A program made the translations under genes and the position numbers. The notes below the pieces were generated by a model. The model had not been told where the DNA came from and did no database searches. It worked only from the letters and a program-made list of their open reading frames with translations. A stretch of DNA of 63,841 nt, filler included, from Klebsormidium nitens (lineage: Eukaryota > Plantae > Klebsormidiophyceae), in the NCBI GenBank assembly GCA_000708835.1. It is 5 parts of 5 records of this genome, joined end to end, with 100 filler letters (N's around TTAATTAATTAA, not from the genome) between each part and the next. Parts side by side here need not be neighbours in the genome. Positions count along the whole stretch, not along the records: positions 61,685 to 63,841 come from DF238733.1; 4 more parts are not named here. One strand, written 5' to 3'. The first letter of the stretch is position 1. The number at the start of each line of letters is the position of its first letter. Positions 61,685 through 63,841 of the stretch are shown one piece after another.

Positions 61685-63134
61685 CCTTCCCCATGTGGCA
61701 CATAAACGCGCTCTTGATCATGGTTGCCTCTGTATCGCATGCAATCCACGATCTTCCATCCCAAATCCAAAAACATCCGGCATCATACACGATTCGCCTG
61801 TCATGCTGGAACAATCTGGTGAATATCGAAGCGGCCCCATAATCGCTCCGACACACCATGCTCTTCATGAATGCCTTTGGCAATCGTGCTTCGAGATTGC
61901 TTTCATAAGTAACCCTTTGGTCTCGAATTCCGAACTCGTCCACCGACGCTTGCTCAAGAGCAGCGGAGATGCTCAACTCTCCCAAAACTTTGAGGTTATC
62001 GTGCTGACAAGCGGTGCCAAAACAATTGTAGTATACATTGCGGAAGTCTCCTGCACAGCCTTGGATCACCGTGAAGTTGTTTGATCCGTTGTGCTCCCTT
62101 CCAAGATAGCAAATTCTTGGGCCGTTCACCCGGAATTGGAAGCATCGGTTGCCCTCTGGAAGTATTGTCAAGCCTCCAAAGCGCGCGGTGCCATCTTCCT
62201 TTGTCTTTGTTTGGAGCAAAATCTGTACTTCTTTGACTGCTGTTGATCTTTCGTGGGAGTCGCCGACTCTTGAAGTTCCTGGTAGAGAGTTGGTGTCTTT
62301 GAGCTCCACCAAAGACCCGTCAGTTGAGATCTCTTTGCTTTCAGTGCCACTCGCCTCCGCACGCTGGCTGGTATTGTTGTTTACCAACTCAGTCAACCAT
62401 GGAGGCATTTCTTTGCACGCTTCATAGCTTGGCGGACCGTTGAGCCACTCGTACGTCTTAAGGTTACCTTGACCATCAATGTAGCTTGACGGCTGGGCAT
62501 ACATGAGCCCTCCAATTCCACGACCATCCACCGCAAACTTTTCGCCATCGATCTTTATAGTCGAGAAGTCTCGTTTGCATTTGAGGCCTGGCGAATTTGC
62601 CCTAAAGTAAAACCCGCCCGATCCGCTTTTAGCTTTTAGTGTCTCCGGTTCTCCATGAATAGCGACCAGACGATCCCAAAGTTCCATTCCCGGAGTCTTT
62701 GTGTCATCGCCAGTGACATCAATATCAATTGCCATGATGCCGCTAGCCTCCGTCAATATCGCAATTCCATTTGCGTTTTGAACTTCGCCCATAACGCGAT
62801 CGAAGGCGGTCTTCCACGACTCTGGAGTCGTGATTTGCCGCCACTTTGGATGATGAGCAGCTTTTTTAGCTCTTGCCGGTCTGACTATCCTCCCCTCATC
62901 ATCCTTTTTATCCTTCCCGTAATCCCAATACATGCGCACCGGTATAGCAAACAGGCCAACCGCACTGAGTTCTTTGATCTCGTTCCTGATGGCTTTGGGC
63001 TCTACGGCCCTAGACGATCTGGTGTCCTGGAGCCCTGGGGCGCTAGCTCCAACGGTTGCGAGTGTGGCCCGGGCCATGGTGACTGTACTCCAGTGAGGAA
63101 AAAAAAATGGGACGATTGAAACGCGCTCCTTCGA
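61685..63134 (-). CDS. Virus-like Prim-Pol (AEP) primase fused to a D5-type helicase N-terminus; intronless, 3' end lost in gap
   Basis: NGIAILT..IMAIDID (DxD), SGSGGFYF, VDGRGIGGLMYAQPS, YEW, MPPWL (Prim-Pol); CYLGREH..NNF...CF..AC (Zn-like); SDYGAASIF...YDAGCFWIWDGRSW (D5_N-like). Open for more than 480 codons. Start Met is uncertain (MARAT at ~63078 or upstream). Confidence 0.85.
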
Positions 63135-63183
63135 CGTCTGCGTTCTTGTACCACTTTTTTTCGAAGCTTCATTGTAGGGCGTC

Positions 63184-63519
63184 ATGGTCCAAAGCACAAG
63201 TCCTTTGATTGACACCGAGACTTATCCGTGTCATTGCCGCGTTTGTGAAACGAGTCGCGCTTACCAAAAAAAACACCATGTGGAACACGCGCAGACCGTT
63301 CGAAGATACTATGGCCGAAACCGGGAGAACATCCTCATGCAAAAAGCGTACAAACGCTTGCTTACTGGGACTACAAGAAAGCTCCACAAAGCCACAATTC
63401 AGCGCTTGATAGACGCCGGGTATGATGTGTCCCGGACGGCCGTCCCCTTGGACACGGGAGGCGAGTCCAAAGCCCCCACCGTGTCTTTGAGTGCGTTCAC
63501 AAGCATCGAAGTCTCCTGA
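63184..63519 (+). CDS. Small hypothetical protein in the virus-like element
   Basis: 111-aa intronless ORF with CHCRVC and YYGRNRENILMQKAY, lying between the primase and recombinase genes. No assignable function. Confidence 0.45.
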   Translation: MVQSTSPLIDTETYPCHCRVCETSRAYQKKHHVEHAQTVRRYYGRNRENILMQKAYKRLLTGTTRKLHKATIQRLIDAGYDVSRTAVPLDTGGESKAPTVSLSAFTSIEVS

Positions 63520-63565
63520 AAGAGGGGTAAGTGGCAAGGTGGTCGAAGGGTCTGAGCGTCTCAGA

Positions 63566-63841
63566 CTAGAATTGGATGCGAGATCCATCCGGTCTGTATT
63601 TCAGTTCATAGTGGCGCATCGCGATTGGTGCCGTATGCAACATTGACCTGGCAAGCTGGTCTCGTTCAGAGAGGCTAGGGGCATCTTTCATAGCATTGCT
63701 GACTGTGATTTTTCTTAAAAGGCACGAACCCAAATTCGAATCAGGATAAATGGCAGCCAAGAACTTCGTCAAGTATCCTGATCCCATCGGAGCATCTGGT
63801 GTCCTCATTCGGCTGAGCAGGTACTTTCGCGGGAAGATAGC
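63566..63841 (-). CDS. Tyrosine recombinase C-terminal part (5' end beyond window), resembling PLV/virophage integrases
   Basis: Frame is open to the window edge: ..KYLLSRMRTPDAPMGSGYLTKFLAAIYPDSNLGSCLLRKITVS..RDQLARSMLHTAPIAMRHY. LLRK, LA..M-x-H and the terminal Y match the catalytic R, H and Y spacing. Confidence 0.72.
   Translation of the reverse strand, partial: AIFPRKYLLSRMRTPDAPMGSGYLTKFLAAIYPDSNLGSCLLRKITVSNAMKDAPSLSERDQLARSMLHTAPIAMRHYELKYRPDGSRIQF

Overview
Eukaryotic nuclear DNA with spliceosomal introns, GC3-rich exons and plant-type genes. It is most consistent with a streptophyte green alga such as Klebsormidium (inference, not a database result). There are five assembly gaps. 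Bases 1-19.3 kb are decayed, nested LTR retrotransposons: a Ty3/Gypsy remnant, several Ty1/copia pieces with half-tRNA-iMet-type primer sites, and solo LTRs with target-site duplications. Five intron-containing host genes follow: 1-Cys peroxiredoxin (-), a 16-exon CASTOR/POLLUX/DMI1-family cation channel (+), a bestrophin-family channel (-), a divergent RAD51 (+) and a plastid-type MRS2-11/MGT10 Mg2+ transporter (-). The window ends in a virus-like module: Prim-Pol/D5 primase-helicase plus tyrosine recombinase, resembling a Polinton-like virus or virophage. Three observations stand out. (1) A textbook LysM domain is encoded in frame, on its own phase-0 exon, directly N-terminal to the CASTOR/POLLUX-like channel, fusing the two protein classes that bracket plant symbiosis signalling. 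(2) Introns and 3' flanks of three genes carry 'exon echoes', partial splice-site-spanning exon copies, and some differ from the real exon almost only at synonymous positions. (3) The integrated primase-helicase/tyrosine-recombinase element. Exon models were built by hand from splice signals, reading-frame continuity and remembered family motifs; no searches were run.
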